Positions 1 to 14,072 are shown, counted from the stretch's first letter. The stretch: DNA of 64,000 bases from Deinococcus sp. (GCA_965261005.1 OZ253375.1:1504001-1568000); one strand, 5' to 3'. Notes: generated by a model from the letters alone, not told the origin. Numbers and translations are program-made.

Positions 1-272
1 AAGGTGACGTTGCCGGTCGAGAGGTCGGTCACGGCGACGTGGGCGGTGTTGTAGGGCACGCCTTTGTAGTTCACCCGGAACTGCGCCCAGTGAAAGGCGA
101 GCTGGCTGTCCGGCAAGTAGCCCGACACGTACCACCACTCCAATTGGCTGTTCTTGGGGCCGAGGTCGCTGGCGACGGGCACGCTGGCCGGATTAAAGGC
201 GGTGGCGGCCGGCGCGCAACTGACCAACACGGCCAGCGGGGCGGCGAGCAACAAAAAACGTGTGGAACGCAT
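1..272 (-). CDS. Lipoprotein, lipocalin-like/AttH-CrtC family (partial, 3' end outside window)
   Basis: Manual translation from ATG at 272: MRSTRFLLLAAPLAVLVSCAPAA...QLEWWYVSGYL...; lipobox LVSC and EWWY motif; TAGCGT -10 just upstream. Not in ORF track. Confidence 0.7.
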   Translation of the reverse strand, partial: MRSTRFLLLAAPLAVLVSCAPAATAFNPASVPVASDLGPKNSQLEWWYVSGYLPDSQLAFHWAQFRVNYKGVPYNTAHVAVTDLSTGNVT

Positions 273-324
273 GCCCCACGCTAAAGCGCGCCCGCGGCCG
301 AGATTGTAGCCGGGGTGCGAGGCG

Positions 325-1218
325 TCAGCTCGGTCGCAACCCCGCCAACTCGCGGTACAGCTCCCTTTCACGCTCGCTCAGGTCCGTCGGAATAGTCAGC
401 TGAAGCCGGACATAGAGGTCGCCCGCACTTCCCCCCGCCTTGGGCCAGCCCTGCCCCTTGAGGCGCAAGTTGCGCCCGCCCGAGCTGCCCGCCGGAACGG
501 TCAGCTCGATGTTGCCGCGCAGGGTCGCCACCTTGCGCTTGCCGCCAATCGCGGCTATCGGCGCCGGCACGTCCAGGGTGGTGTACACGTCGTCACCGAC
601 CAGATCAAAACGCGTGTCCTCCAACACCCGCACGGTCAGCAGCACGTCGCCGTTGCCGGGCGCTTGGCCGGCGAGGCGCAGCCGGGCGCCGTCGCGCGTG
701 CCGGCCGGAACCCGCACCTGCATGCGCTTGTCGCCCACCTGAATGGTCTGCTCGGTGCCGCCAAAAGTCTCCTGCAAGGTGACCTGCAACTCGCCCTCGA
801 CGTTCTGCACAAAGCGCCGCCCGCCGCCCAGGCCGCCCAGCAAGTCCTCCAAGTCCACCTGCGCGCCGCCCCGGCCCGTAAAGCCACCGCGCGAGCCACC
901 GCGCCCGAACAGGTCTTGAAAGAAATCGCTGAACTGCGCCCCATCGAAGCCCGAGAAGTCGGCCGCCCCGCCCTGCCCTTGATAAGCCCCCGGCGGAACT
1001 TGGCCGGTGTGGCCGTACTGGTCGTAGAGCTTGCGCTTCTCCGAGTCGGACAGCACCGCATACGCCTCGCCGATCTCCTTGAAGCGCGCCTCGGCCTCGG
1101 GACCGGGGTTCTTGTCGGGGTGGTACTGCTTGGCGAGCTTGCGGTAAGCGCCCTTGATGTCCGCCTCGCTGGCGTCGCGGGACACGCCCAGGGTGTCGTA
1201 ATAATCCTTATAAGCCAT
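325..1218 (-). CDS. dnaJ: DnaJ-class co-chaperone without zinc finger (CbpA-like)
   Basis: J domain with HPD motif, G/F-rich region, DnaJ C-terminal domain, no CxxCxGxG repeats; downstream of grpE/dnaK. Confidence 0.9.
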   Translation of the reverse strand: MAYKDYYDTLGVSRDASEADIKGAYRKLAKQYHPDKNPGPEAEARFKEIGEAYAVLSDSEKRKLYDQYGHTGQVPPGAYQGQGGAADFSGFDGAQFSDFFQDLFGRGGSRGGFTGRGGAQVDLEDLLGGLGGGRRFVQNVEGELQVTLQETFGGTEQTIQVGDKRMQVRVPAGTRDGARLRLAGQAPGNGDVLLTVRVLEDTRFDLVGDDVYTTLDVPAPIAAIGGKRKVATLRGNIELTVPAGSSGGRNLRLKGQGWPKAGGSAGDLYVRLQLTIPTDLSERERELYRELAGLRPS

Positions 1219-1285
1219 AAGTTTGCTCCGGTAACACTTGCTGACAGGTCATGGGAAGTGAGAGCTGGTTATCCAAAGCTTTGCA

Positions 1286-1321
1286 CCCCTCTCCCCTTGC
1301 GGGAGAGGGGCCGGGGGTGAG
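1286..1321. repeat. REP-like palindromic repeat
   Basis: CCCCTCTCCC-cttgc-GGGAGAGGGG-ccgggggtgag; near-identical in reverse to 53655-53693. Confidence 0.75.
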
Positions 1322-1359
1322 TGGTCCCACCCGCAAGCTCAAAAATCAACCTGTACCCC

Positions 1360-1974
1360 TCAGTTGCTCGCCTTTTCCACCACGACCCGCGCCGGGCGCA
1401 CCAGCTTGTCGCCCAGCCTGAAGCCGCTTTGGTACACCTGCACGATCACGTTGTCGCGCTCGCCGGGCACCACCTGAAGGGCCTCGTGCAGCGCCGGATC
1501 GAACTCTTCACCCTCGGCGCCGGTCTGCGTCAGGCCCAGCTTCTCGAAGGTCCGCAGCATGGCCCCCTGTACGCCGGACAGGCCGCCCAGCACGCTGGCC
1601 GGGTCCTTCTGGGCCACGTCCAGGGCGCGCGACAGGTCGTCGTAGACCGGCAGCAACTCCTCCACCGCCTTTGAAATCCCGGCCCCCTTGGCGTCCAGCA
1701 CGTCCTGGTTGGTGCGGCGGCGGTAGTTCTCGAAGTCGGCCAGCAGGCGAGCGTATTTGCCGCGCAGGTCGTTCAGTTCCCCCTCCAACTCGTCGGCGCG
1801 CTGGAGCTTGCCCATCATCTCCTGCACCTGCCCCAGCATGTTCTCGTCGAGCATGGAGGGGTCGAAGCTGGCTGGGTCGAAGGGCGTGTCCTCGTTCTCC
1901 AACTCGACATCTTCCGTGTCGGCGTCCTCGAAGTCGGCATCTATGGTGCGTTTGGTTCGGTCGTCGTTGGTCAT
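1360..1974 (-). CDS. grpE: Nucleotide exchange factor GrpE
   Basis: ADFENYRRR, FDPALHEA, GFRLGDKLVRPARVVV motifs; GGAGG RBS. Confidence 0.97.
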   Translation of the reverse strand: MTNDDRTKRTIDADFEDADTEDVELENEDTPFDPASFDPSMLDENMLGQVQEMMGKLQRADELEGELNDLRGKYARLLADFENYRRRTNQDVLDAKGAGISKAVEELLPVYDDLSRALDVAQKDPASVLGGLSGVQGAMLRTFEKLGLTQTGAEGEEFDPALHEALQVVPGERDNVIVQVYQSGFRLGDKLVRPARVVVEKASN

Positions 1975-2054
1975 GCTTATTCCTCCATTACGTGTCTATC
2001 TACTTAAGACTGAGGATATTTTTTGATATCCAGCTCAATTAGAAAGATTGTTTC

Positions 2055-2603
2055 TCAACTGCTTAATAGGAAAAGTTTATCCACCCATTCTGAGATCATA
2101 ATTATTATGTTTGTAAGTGTGATTAGTATAACAAATCCGGTGAATAATATAAAGGGCAGGAGTATGATAAACTCTATTAAAACAGCTATAATGTGAGAAT
2201 AGCCATATGAGCCTATCGTCATAAGAAACAACCTGAATGTGTAAAGCTCCAGTGCAGACAGTACACAATGTATACCAAACAAAGCAGTGCGTATATTTAT
2301 ATTATCTATGTCTATTTTTAATTTTCTTGCCTTCTTAATATTTCCGGGAGACTTCAGATCAAGCCACATACCAGTTCCCCAAGCGAATGTTCCAATCGTT
2401 AAAAAAACAAGCATAGTGTTAATAAAATTTTGATTCACGTATAATCCAGGACTTGATGTAGGCTTAGGAATGTCGAATAGAGCAGTGTTTTTATCATGTA
2501 TAAAGAAAAGCATAAGAGCAAAAAATGCTGTTGAAATAAAAATGCTGATACGAGATGTTACATACTGAGCCTTGAATAACCAAGGTTTAATCTCTTGCAG
2601 CAT
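2055..2603 (-). CDS. AT-rich hypothetical multi-pass membrane protein
   Basis: 182-aa ORF with GGAGG RBS and about four hydrophobic segments; composition far more AT-rich than flanking genes. Confidence 0.7.
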   Translation of the reverse strand: MLQEIKPWLFKAQYVTSRISIFISTAFFALMLFFIHDKNTALFDIPKPTSSPGLYVNQNFINTMLVFLTIGTFAWGTGMWLDLKSPGNIKKARKLKIDIDNINIRTALFGIHCVLSALELYTFRLFLMTIGSYGYSHIIAVLIEFIILLPFILFTGFVILITLTNIIIMISEWVDKLFLLSS

Positions 2604-2615
2604 AGAACACCTCCA

Positions 2616-2653
2616 ATGAACGAGAGTATGCTTGTAAACATACTCTCGTTCAT
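2616..2653 (-). terminator. 15-bp perfect stem-loop downstream of dnaK (terminator or mRNA-stabilising hairpin)
   Basis: ATGAACGAGAGTATG-cttgtaaa-CATACTCTCGTTCAT; no strong U-tract. Confidence 0.55.
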
Positions 2654-2664
2654 ATACAACCCCT

Positions 2665-4533
<1,869 letters not shown>

Positions 4534-4606
4534 GTGTTTCTCCTGTGGTTGATCTGTGATGTTGGTCTTCCTGCTTCTTCAGAAGAAGCAGTTCTGAACG
4601 TCAACC

Positions 4607-4635
4607 ATCATAAGGCTACAGTTGTGTCCAGTCAA
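4607..4635 (-). promoter_or_regulatory. sigma70-type promoter of dnaK
   Basis: Minus strand TTGACT-17 nt-TATGAT. Confidence 0.75.
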
Positions 4636-4639
4636 GAGA

Positions 4640-4660
4640 CTTGAGCGTGGTCATATCAAG
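4640..4660. promoter_or_regulatory. HAIR operator (HspR-associated inverted repeat)
   Basis: CTTGAGC-GTGGTCA-TATCAAG versus consensus CTTGAGT-N7-ACTCAAG; abuts the dnaK -35 in the dnaK/ftsH divergent region. Confidence 0.75.
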
Positions 4661-4750
4661 TTAAGGCGGGCTGAAGGGGCGACCCGCGATGCGCGGGAAA
4701 GCGTTGCATAGCTTTCATAGCGCGCCCCGGGAAAGCCATAGACTTGACGC

Positions 4751-6646
<1,896 letters not shown>

Positions 6647-6663
6647 AAACGAGAGGCAGACCA

Positions 6664-6687
6664 AAGGGCGGGAAATTTCCCGCCCTT
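6664..6687. terminator. Hairpin between convergent ftsH and dps
   Basis: Palindrome AAGGGCGGGAAATTTCCCGCCCTT. Confidence 0.75.
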
Positions 6688-6702
6688 CTTCTCGCAAGAA
6701 CT

Positions 6703-7254
6703 TTACTTGGTGTTCTGCTCGCCTTGCGCGGCCTCGAACAGGAACCAGGTGCGGCGCTGGGTCTCGTCGATGTAGACCTCCAGCAGGCTGGCCGTCGCCA
6801 CATCCTTGTACTTCTCGCACAGCTCGTGGACCTGGGTTTGGCGGCCGGCGTAGTTCTTGTTGTCGTCCATCAGCTCGCGCAGCATGTCAAGCGGCGTCAC
6901 GAAGTCGGCGTCGTTGTCCTGAACGTGCTGCTTGCTCGCCACGTCCCCAACCGAGCGAAGGGTGGTGCCGCCCAGCTTACGGACCCGCTCGGCGAGGGGG
7001 TCGATGGTCTCGAAAATCTTGTCGGCCTGGGTGTCGAACATCAGGTGGTAGTCGCGGAAGTGGCTGCCCGACAGGTGCCAATGAAAGTTCTTGGTCTTCA
7101 TGTACAGGGCGAAGGCGTCGGCGACCAGGCCGTTCAGGGCCGCGCTGATCTGCGCCACGCCCTCGCTGTCGATGTTAGTCGGAACGGCGAGCTGTTCGGG
7201 CGCGGGGTAGGACTTGGAGCCGGCCTGGTTGGGCTTTTGTTGGGTCTGCGTCAT
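6703..7254 (-). CDS. dps: Dps family DNA-protection/ferritin-like protein
   Basis: LYMKTKNFHWHLSG...HLMFD...DPLAERVRKLGG; start reassigned to ATG 7254 (AAGGAGG RBS). Confidence 0.93.
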   Translation of the reverse strand: MTQTQQKPNQAGSKSYPAPEQLAVPTNIDSEGVAQISAALNGLVADAFALYMKTKNFHWHLSGSHFRDYHLMFDTQADKIFETIDPLAERVRKLGGTTLRSVGDVASKQHVQDNDADFVTPLDMLRELMDDNKNYAGRQTQVHELCEKYKDVATASLLEVYIDETQRRTWFLFEAAQGEQNTK

Positions 7255-7413
7255 GTGCTTCCTCCTTGTACACCCACTTGTACGCCAAGTGGGCGAACCG
7301 TCTTCAATGTAAACCCTCTCGGTGAGCGCCAAGAAAAGTTTCGGTTGGTAAAGAAATCATTCTCGACAAACAAATAAGTCAACGTTAAGATCGCGTGGAG
7401 GATGCTTTAAGCT

Positions 7414-8010
7414 GTGCAGGTGTATACGTTCATGACAGCGGCGGGGTTCGGTCCCGCGCGGGTCGGCGCGGAGGCGGCGCGCTTGGCGGGCGCCGCCGAC
7501 TTGGCGCCCGGTTTGGTGCTGGACGCTGAATTCGAGGAGACCTTTTACCGCACCGGCAACTTGCCCGAACAGCTCGGAACGCTGTTCGCCCCCATCAAGC
7601 CGCGCCGCGTGGACGAGGACTTGCTGGAGGCGCTGTGCGCGCGGGCGCGGGCGCTTTTGCGCGGCACGGCGCTGCTCGACGACGCCGTGCAACAGTTTTA
7701 CCGGGGGCTGGGGGACGCGGGCGTGCTGGGCGGCCCCGTTCACCTGCGCCGCGACGGGGAGAGCGCTTCGGAGACGGCCCTCGCCACGCCGCCGGGCACG
7801 CCGGTTCTGTTCGCCCTCAAAAAGCTGTGGGCGCGCGACTGGGACTTCGAGGCCGTCTTGGCTCGCCTCGACGGCCAAGGTGGCGTGGCGCTGGAGGCCC
7901 GGCCGGTTCTGCTGTTTGCCGGCGAAGCGGGCCGGCCCGATACCGCCCTCGCCGCCGCCTTGGGCTGGCCGCGCGCCTTGGTAAACGAACGCGGCGTCGT
8001 GGGGGCTTGA
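7414..8010 (+). CDS. Hypothetical protein, weak resemblance to part of a PEP-synthase/PPDK N-terminal domain
   Basis: Host-like codon usage; helical pattern ending ALKKLWARDW; start uncertain (7414, 7420 or 7432). Confidence 0.6.
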   Translation: MQVYTFMTAAGFGPARVGAEAARLAGAADLAPGLVLDAEFEETFYRTGNLPEQLGTLFAPIKPRRVDEDLLEALCARARALLRGTALLDDAVQQFYRGLGDAGVLGGPVHLRRDGESASETALATPPGTPVLFALKKLWARDWDFEAVLARLDGQGGVALEARPVLLFAGEAGRPDTALAAALGWPRALVNERGVVGA

Positions 8011-8021
8011 CGCACAGTTCC

Positions 8022-8981
<960 letters not shown>

Positions 8982-9002
8982 GCCGCTAGTGTACCGGGCC
9001 GA

Positions 9003-9494
9003 CTAGTGTACTGGGCCGGGTGAAGCGGGCGGCGCGGGGTCCACCCACCCGAGCAGCGCCGGCTCGTAGTGCAGCAGGTAGGGTTTGGAAAGCAGGCTGA
9101 AGCCCCCCGTGTCCGAGAGCGCCAGCGCGCCGGCGAAAGGGCCGCCGCCGACCGTGTAGACCGTTCGCCCTCGCGCGTCGCCCAAGCGCCCCAGCATTCC
9201 CTTTGGCACGAGCGACCCCAGCGCCGGCCCGCCCAGCACGTCCAGCCGCCACGACTGCGCGCGCTGATCGGTGTCATAGGTGACCCGCACCTCGCGCGCG
9301 GTCAGCGGCGGCGCCGTGGTCCAGACAGTCAGCTTGCGCAAGCGGTCGGGCAGCCGTTCGCGCGTATCGGCCGCGCGGTCGAAGCTGCCGGCCACGGCCA
9401 GCATCAAGGTCTGGGCGGGGGAAGCCGGTCCACGCGCGCAACCCCACAAGAGGATCAGCAGGGAGCAGGGCCAAAGGCGGAAAGCGGCGCGCAC
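9003..9494 (-). CDS. Hypothetical lipoprotein
   Basis: Signal peptide with LWGC lipobox; TAGCCT -10 6 nt before GTG. Confidence 0.65.
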   Translation of the reverse strand: MRAAFRLWPCSLLILLWGCARGPASPAQTLMLAVAGSFDRAADTRERLPDRLRKLTVWTTAPPLTAREVRVTYDTDQRAQSWRLDVLGGPALGSLVPKGMLGRLGDARGRTVYTVGGGPFAGALALSDTGGFSLLSKPYLLHYEPALLGWVDPAPPASPGPVH

Positions 9495-9503
9495 GCCCCC
9501 AGG

Positions 9504-9860
9504 CTAGCGCGCCGCGCCGGGACCCTGGTCCCACTTGGCCGCGCGCTGGCGGCGCGTCCCGATTCTGGCCCCCAGCCAAGCGCCCAGCGCGTCGGCGAGC
9601 CAATCATCCAGGCCCGCCGCGCGGCCGGGCACAAAGGCTTGGTGCAATTCGTCGGAGGCGCCGAACCAAGCGGCCAGCAGCAGGGCGCTCCGCCACGAGC
9701 CGCTGGCCTTGGCGAGCAAAAAGCCCAGCACGGCGTAGCCCGCGAAATGGGTCAGCTTGTCCCACGGCGCGGGAATGCCCACCCGGTCGCCGCTTTGCGA
9801 GGACAGGTAGAATTCGCCCGCCATGAACGCCAAGCTGAGCAGCCACCACAGCAGCTTCAC
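9504..9860 (-). CDS. VanZ family membrane protein
   Basis: DKLTHFAGYAVL, SDELHQAFVPGR, DWLAD; GTG start overlaps stop of upstream gene. Confidence 0.85.
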   Translation of the reverse strand: MKLLWWLLSLAFMAGEFYLSSQSGDRVGIPAPWDKLTHFAGYAVLGFLLAKASGSWRSALLLAAWFGASDELHQAFVPGRAAGLDDWLADALGAWLGARIGTRRQRAAKWDQGPGAAR

Positions 9861-10276
9861 GGGTATTGCACCAATTCGATCAGGGTGCCGCCGCCCCACC
9901 TGGGGTGCACAAAGGCGACCCGGGTGCCCGCGCGGCCGGCTTGCGGCGTGTCGCTCAGCAACTGGGCGCCCTCGCGCCCAAGCTGGGCCAACCGCGCCTC
10001 CACGTTCTCCACCCGGAAGGCGAGATGGTGAAGACCGGGACCGCGCCGCGCCAAAAAGCCGGCCAGCTGGCTCTCCGATCCCGTGGGAGCAAGCAGCTCG
10101 ATCAAGGTATTCCCCGCCCTGAAAGCGCGCACCCGCACCCCTTGCCCCGGCACGTCCTCGTCGGGACCCTCGGGCGTGAGGCCGAGGGCCAGGTACGGCG
10201 CGCTGCCCGCGTCCAGATCGGGGGTGGCGATGGCGACGTGGTCCAGGAGCAGCTGGTCCGGCGAAAGGTCGTTCAC
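9857..10276 (-). CDS. mce: VOC-family protein, probable methylmalonyl-CoA epimerase
   Basis: LDHVAIA, IELLAP, GPGLHHLAFRV, AFVHPR..GGTLIELV. Confidence 0.8.
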   Translation of the reverse strand: MNDLSPDQLLLDHVAIATPDLDAGSAPYLALGLTPEGPDEDVPGQGVRVRAFRAGNTLIELLAPTGSESQLAGFLARRGPGLHHLAFRVENVEARLAQLGREGAQLLSDTPQAGRAGTRVAFVHPRWGGGTLIELVQYP

Positions 10277-10309
10277 CCCCGCACTATAAATCGCTCAGCA
10301 CAAGATCGC

Positions 10310-11377
10310 TCAGCGCAGCACCCAGGCCAATTCGCGGGGGACGTTCACGCTCACGTTGGTGCTCGCCTCGGCCGGGCAAGTGCTGTATTGGGGCTGCACC
10401 ACGTCGTAGCAGGCCAAGCCGCCCGGCTGCAAGGTGTAGAGGTAGTTGTCCTGGGTCACGACCAGGTCGAGCAGGCCATTGACCGTCGGGGTGGCGCGCA
10501 CCGCCAGATTGGCGGCGTTCGCGATGGTCAGCGCGCTCGTCTCGGCGTTCCACACCGCCAGCACGCCCCGCTGAACCCACACGCGGTCGGTCTGGCCGGT
10601 CGGCGTGCTGGCCGTGGGCACGCCGCCCACCGCCGCCGGCAGCGTGACCAAGCCGGCGGCGGTGGTGGCGTAGACGGCGCCGCCGACCGTCGCCGCGAGG
10701 TCGCCAATTTGGGGCGTGTAGGTCGGCGCTGGGGTCAGCGAGATAATGTCGGGAACGCACAGAAAGGGCCGGGTGAAGTCGCAGCCCACGGCAGGCGTCA
10801 CGCGCAGCACCTCGCTGCGGGCGGGGTCAGCGCTGGGCAGCGCCACCCAGATGGTGTCGTTCAGAACGGTGAGACCCAGCCGCACGTTCGGCACGCTGAG
10901 GTCGGTGGGCACGCGCGCCACGCCGGCTTGGTAGCGCAGGGTGCCCACGCTGTCATACAGCGCCAACACGTCCGGCCGGCCGGGGCAAGCCTCGTAGACG
11001 GCCAGGCGCGTGCCGCCCGGATCGGTCGCCAAGCGGGCGAAGCAGGTGCCGCCGGGCGTGAAGTTGCCCGAGAAGAAGAGGGGCGGGTAGGTGACGGGCG
11101 TGCCCAGCACGTTCAGGTCGGCGTCGCGGAACTCCAGCCGGTCGGCGTAGGCCACCGCCAGCTTGGCCCCGTTCGCCACCGTCGCAATGCCGATCACCTT
11201 GTTCGGCGCCGTCACGGTCACGGCGGGCGCGGACGTGCCCACGTCGGTCGCGCGCAAGGTCGCGTCCCCCTCCAGCGTGACCAGGCGCGTCGGGGCCGGC
11301 GGCTCGTCGGTGCCTGTGCAGGCGCCCAGCACGAGAAGAAGGGGCAGGAAAAGGCAGGCGCGCAGCAATTGGTTCAT
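10310..11377 (-). CDS. Hypothetical lipoprotein (beta-rich, possible propeller)
   Basis: MNQLLRACLFLPLLLVLGAC lipobox; directly downstream of the LptD-like gene. Confidence 0.75.
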   Translation of the reverse strand: MNQLLRACLFLPLLLVLGACTGTDEPPAPTRLVTLEGDATLRATDVGTSAPAVTVTAPNKVIGIATVANGAKLAVAYADRLEFRDADLNVLGTPVTYPPLFFSGNFTPGGTCFARLATDPGGTRLAVYEACPGRPDVLALYDSVGTLRYQAGVARVPTDLSVPNVRLGLTVLNDTIWVALPSADPARSEVLRVTPAVGCDFTRPFLCVPDIISLTPAPTYTPQIGDLAATVGGAVYATTAAGLVTLPAAVGGVPTASTPTGQTDRVWVQRGVLAVWNAETSALTIANAANLAVRATPTVNGLLDLVVTQDNYLYTLQPGGLACYDVVQPQYSTCPAEASTNVSVNVPRELAWVLR

Positions 11378-11390
11378 CAAGGACCTCTCG

Positions 11391-14072
11391 TTAGGGAGCA
11401 CCGGTCAAACCGGGAATCTGCACCCCGTTTTGATCGAAGTCGAAGGCGGTGCCGCCGCCGCCCGGCAAGGTCAGGCCCAAGCGTACCCTTTTGAGCAGCG
11501 GGTTCAGCTCGAAGTTGACCGCCCAGCAGCAGCGGTTGATCCTCAGCAAAAAGACCGGTTGAATCGGGCCGACGGTTTGGGCGACGCCGTCTTGCCATGT
11601 GAAGCTTTGGGCCAGCGCGGTGGTGAAGTAGGCGCCGGGCACCGGGCCGCTTCCCAGCGCCAGCGTGACGCTCAGGGGCGCGAAGGTGAGCGTGTCGGTG
11701 GTGCTGTCGCCGGCGCGCGCGCGCGCGTAAAAGGCGCTGCCCAACAGGCCCACCCGCGGGGTCAGGTCGTATTGGCCGCTCACGGCGGCGCTGGCGAGTT
11801 CCGTCTGCGGCTGGTCGAGTCCAGGCGCGCGCACGCCCACGCTGGCGTCCAGTCGCTGCCCGCCGCGCGTCAGGCCGAGGCGTCCGGTCAGGGCCGGGGT
11901 GGTCCAACCGCCGCGGTTGAGGTCGTAGGTGCCGCCGTAGCTGAGCGACCAAAAGGTGGGCGAGCCGCTGGGACCGCTCACGCCGAAGTTGAGGTTGCCC
12001 ACGCCCTGACCGAAGGTCTGGCCCACGGTCGCCTGCGGGTTGGGGATGCTGAAGCTGTGGCTGGACGTGAAGCTCACCCCGCGCCACGTCAGCGCGAAGT
12101 TGCCGCTGAAGCCGGGGGCCGTCACGCCCAGCGTTTCGTCGGCGCTGAGGGTGATGGGGTTGAGCAGGGCGTCGCGGGTGGCGACAGCGTTGAGGCTGGC
12201 CCTTAGGGTGCTGAGCTGGTTGTTCTGTAAGTCGTAGGTGACGCCAAAGGTCAGCGTGGAGGCGCGGTCGAAGGTGCTGTAGGAGGCGCTCACGTTCAGC
12301 GGTTGGTAGCCGCCCACGTTCGCAAAGGCCGTGCTCAGGCTCAGGCTCAAGTCGCTGTTGCCGCCGAGGGTGGCGCTGGCCTGCCAATCCTGCAATTCCC
12401 CCTTGAAGAAGTTGTAGTCGAGGCTGGCAGTCGCGCTGAGGGGGGCGGGCGTGAGCGCGACGCCAAAGGTGGTGGCGCTTTGCCGGTTGCCCGGCTGGAT
12501 GAAGTCGTAGTTCTGCGCGGCGCTCAGGGTCAGCCACGGGGCTGGGCGCAGGTTTCCTCCCAAGGTCAGCACCGCGCTGGGCAAGCGGCGCGCGACGGCG
12601 TCAAAGGCGAAGGGGGACACGCCGTCGGCGCGCAGGTAGCTGTAGCCCAAGCTGACGTCGGCGAAGTCGCCGAAGCGCTGGGTCAAGGCGACGCCAAAGC
12701 TGAGCGCCACCGCCCGCTTGCCGAGAAAGGTGTAGTACTGGCCGGTGAAGTCGTTGGTGACGCGAAAGGTCGCGCTGTCCCACGGCCGCGTTTCGTAGAC
12801 GATGCGGTGGGTTTCGAGCAGCCGCTCGCTGCTGACGTTCTGGCCCGCGAGCGTGGTGGTCAGGCGCGAGGCCGCGTTGCTGGCGGCGGTGTAGCTGCCC
12901 AGGGTCACGCCGAACTTGGCGCTCAAGTCGCCCGAGCGAAATTGGTTGAAGTCAAGGGCCAACTCGGGATGCAGCAGCGGGCTGGGCAGCGCGCCGTCGG
13001 GCGGCGGCCCGAAGCGGTCCACAAAGCTCAGGGTCGCGTTGAGGATGTCGTAGCTGACCTTGGCGGCGAAGCTGACGTTCGAGACGCCCTTGAAGGTGGC
13101 CGTCTGCCCGATGTCGGCGCGGTTCGCCTGAAAGGTGTAGCTGAGGCCGTTCAGGCTGCCGGGCAAGGCCGATTGGCCGACGGCGTTCACCCGGAAGTCG
13201 AGGTCGTAACCGGAATCGGGGACGCCACTCGCGCCGAAGGCCGGCCGGGGATTGGCGAGTGCGTAGGCGTCGAGCCTGGAGATGCCCAGCGGCAACCCAT
13301 AGGCGGTCAGGTCCACCCCGAAGCCGACGCTGGGCGTGCGGTTCGCGTAGTAGCGCAGCAAGCTGAAGCCCTGCCCGCTGCTGCCGAACACAAAGGGCAG
13401 GTCCAGTTGCAAAGTCCAGCCGTCAATCAGGCTGTACCCCACGTTGAAGCGCGGCTGGCGGTCCCTATCACCCAGCAGCAGCACTGCCACCGGCAGATAC
13501 AGCACCGGCGCGTCGGCGAGCAGCAGGGTGGCGTCGTAGGCCACCAAGCGGTCCCCCGGATACAAAAAGATGCGCTGCGCGCGGAAGGCGTAATCGTTGG
13601 GCGTGCGCCCGCAGCGGGCGCAAAGGGTGAAGTACCCATTATCCACCTTGAGCTGACCGGGAACCCGCTCGACGTTGGCGCCGCGAATCTCCAGGTCGCT
13701 GGTTGCCACGATCACGTCGTCCCCCGTCAGATTCTGGCTGGCGAGGTCCACCACCAAGTTGTCGCCGGTGAGCACCTGCTCGCTCTCGGCCCCGTTCGCC
13801 CCCGCGACGAAGCTGCGGTAGATGGCGCGCCCGCTCAGGCTGAGGGTGCGCTTCGTGCGGTTGTACTCGACGCGCGAGGCGCGAATGGTGTCCTTTTCGT
13901 CGATGCGCAGCTCCACCGGGTCGCCGCTCAGAATGGCGAGGTCCTGACCGTCCACCTTGCGCAACTCCAACTGGTCGGCGCGCACAATTTCGATGGTGCG
14001 CGCCCCCGCCACGGACAGCAGCAAGCCGAACAGCACCAACAGACGGGCGAGCAAACGAATCACGCGGGCCAC
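11391..14072 (-). CDS. LptD/OstA-like outer-membrane beta-barrel protein
   Basis: Signal peptide, OstA-like N-terminal beta repeats, FTLCARC, amphipathic beta strands with aromatic girdles, NRCCWAV near C terminus; start may be 14063. Confidence 0.75.
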   Translation of the reverse strand: MARVIRLLARLLVLFGLLLSVAGARTIEIVRADQLELRKVDGQDLAILSGDPVELRIDEKDTIRASRVEYNRTKRTLSLSGRAIYRSFVAGANGAESEQVLTGDNLVVDLASQNLTGDDVIVATSDLEIRGANVERVPGQLKVDNGYFTLCARCGRTPNDYAFRAQRIFLYPGDRLVAYDATLLLADAPVLYLPVAVLLLGDRDRQPRFNVGYSLIDGWTLQLDLPFVFGSSGQGFSLLRYYANRTPSVGFGVDLTAYGLPLGISRLDAYALANPRPAFGASGVPDSGYDLDFRVNAVGQSALPGSLNGLSYTFQANRADIGQTATFKGVSNVSFAAKVSYDILNATLSFVDRFGPPPDGALPSPLLHPELALDFNQFRSGDLSAKFGVTLGSYTAASNAASRLTTTLAGQNVSSERLLETHRIVYETRPWDSATFRVTNDFTGQYYTFLGKRAVALSFGVALTQRFGDFADVSLGYSYLRADGVSPFAFDAVARRLPSAVLTLGGNLRPAPWLTLSAAQNYDFIQPGNRQSATTFGVALTPAPLSATASLDYNFFKGELQDWQASATLGGNSDLSLSLSTAFANVGGYQPLNVSASYSTFDRASTLTFGVTYDLQNNQLSTLRASLNAVATRDALLNPITLSADETLGVTAPGFSGNFALTWRGVSFTSSHSFSIPNPQATVGQTFGQGVGNLNFGVSGPSGSPTFWSLSYGGTYDLNRGGWTTPALTGRLGLTRGGQRLDASVGVRAPGLDQPQTELASAAVSGQYDLTPRVGLLGSAFYARARAGDSTTDTLTFAPLSVTLALGSGPVPGAYFTTALAQSFTWQDGVAQTVGPIQPVFLLRINRCCWAVNFELNPLLKRVRLGLTLPGGGGTAFDFDQNGVQIPGLTGAP

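Noticed and set aside
2019..2040. Second HAIR upstream of grpE
   Set aside because: Only a half-site (GCTCAA) at the correct spacing
7273..7293. Inverted repeat upstream of the dps RBS as an operator
   Set aside because: An 8-bp stem with no match to a motif I can name; could be chance or a simple leader hairpin
8986..9012. CTAGTGTAC direct repeat at the lipoprotein/PIG-L junction
   Set aside because: Explained by a stop codon region plus a TACACT -10; too short to call a target-site duplication
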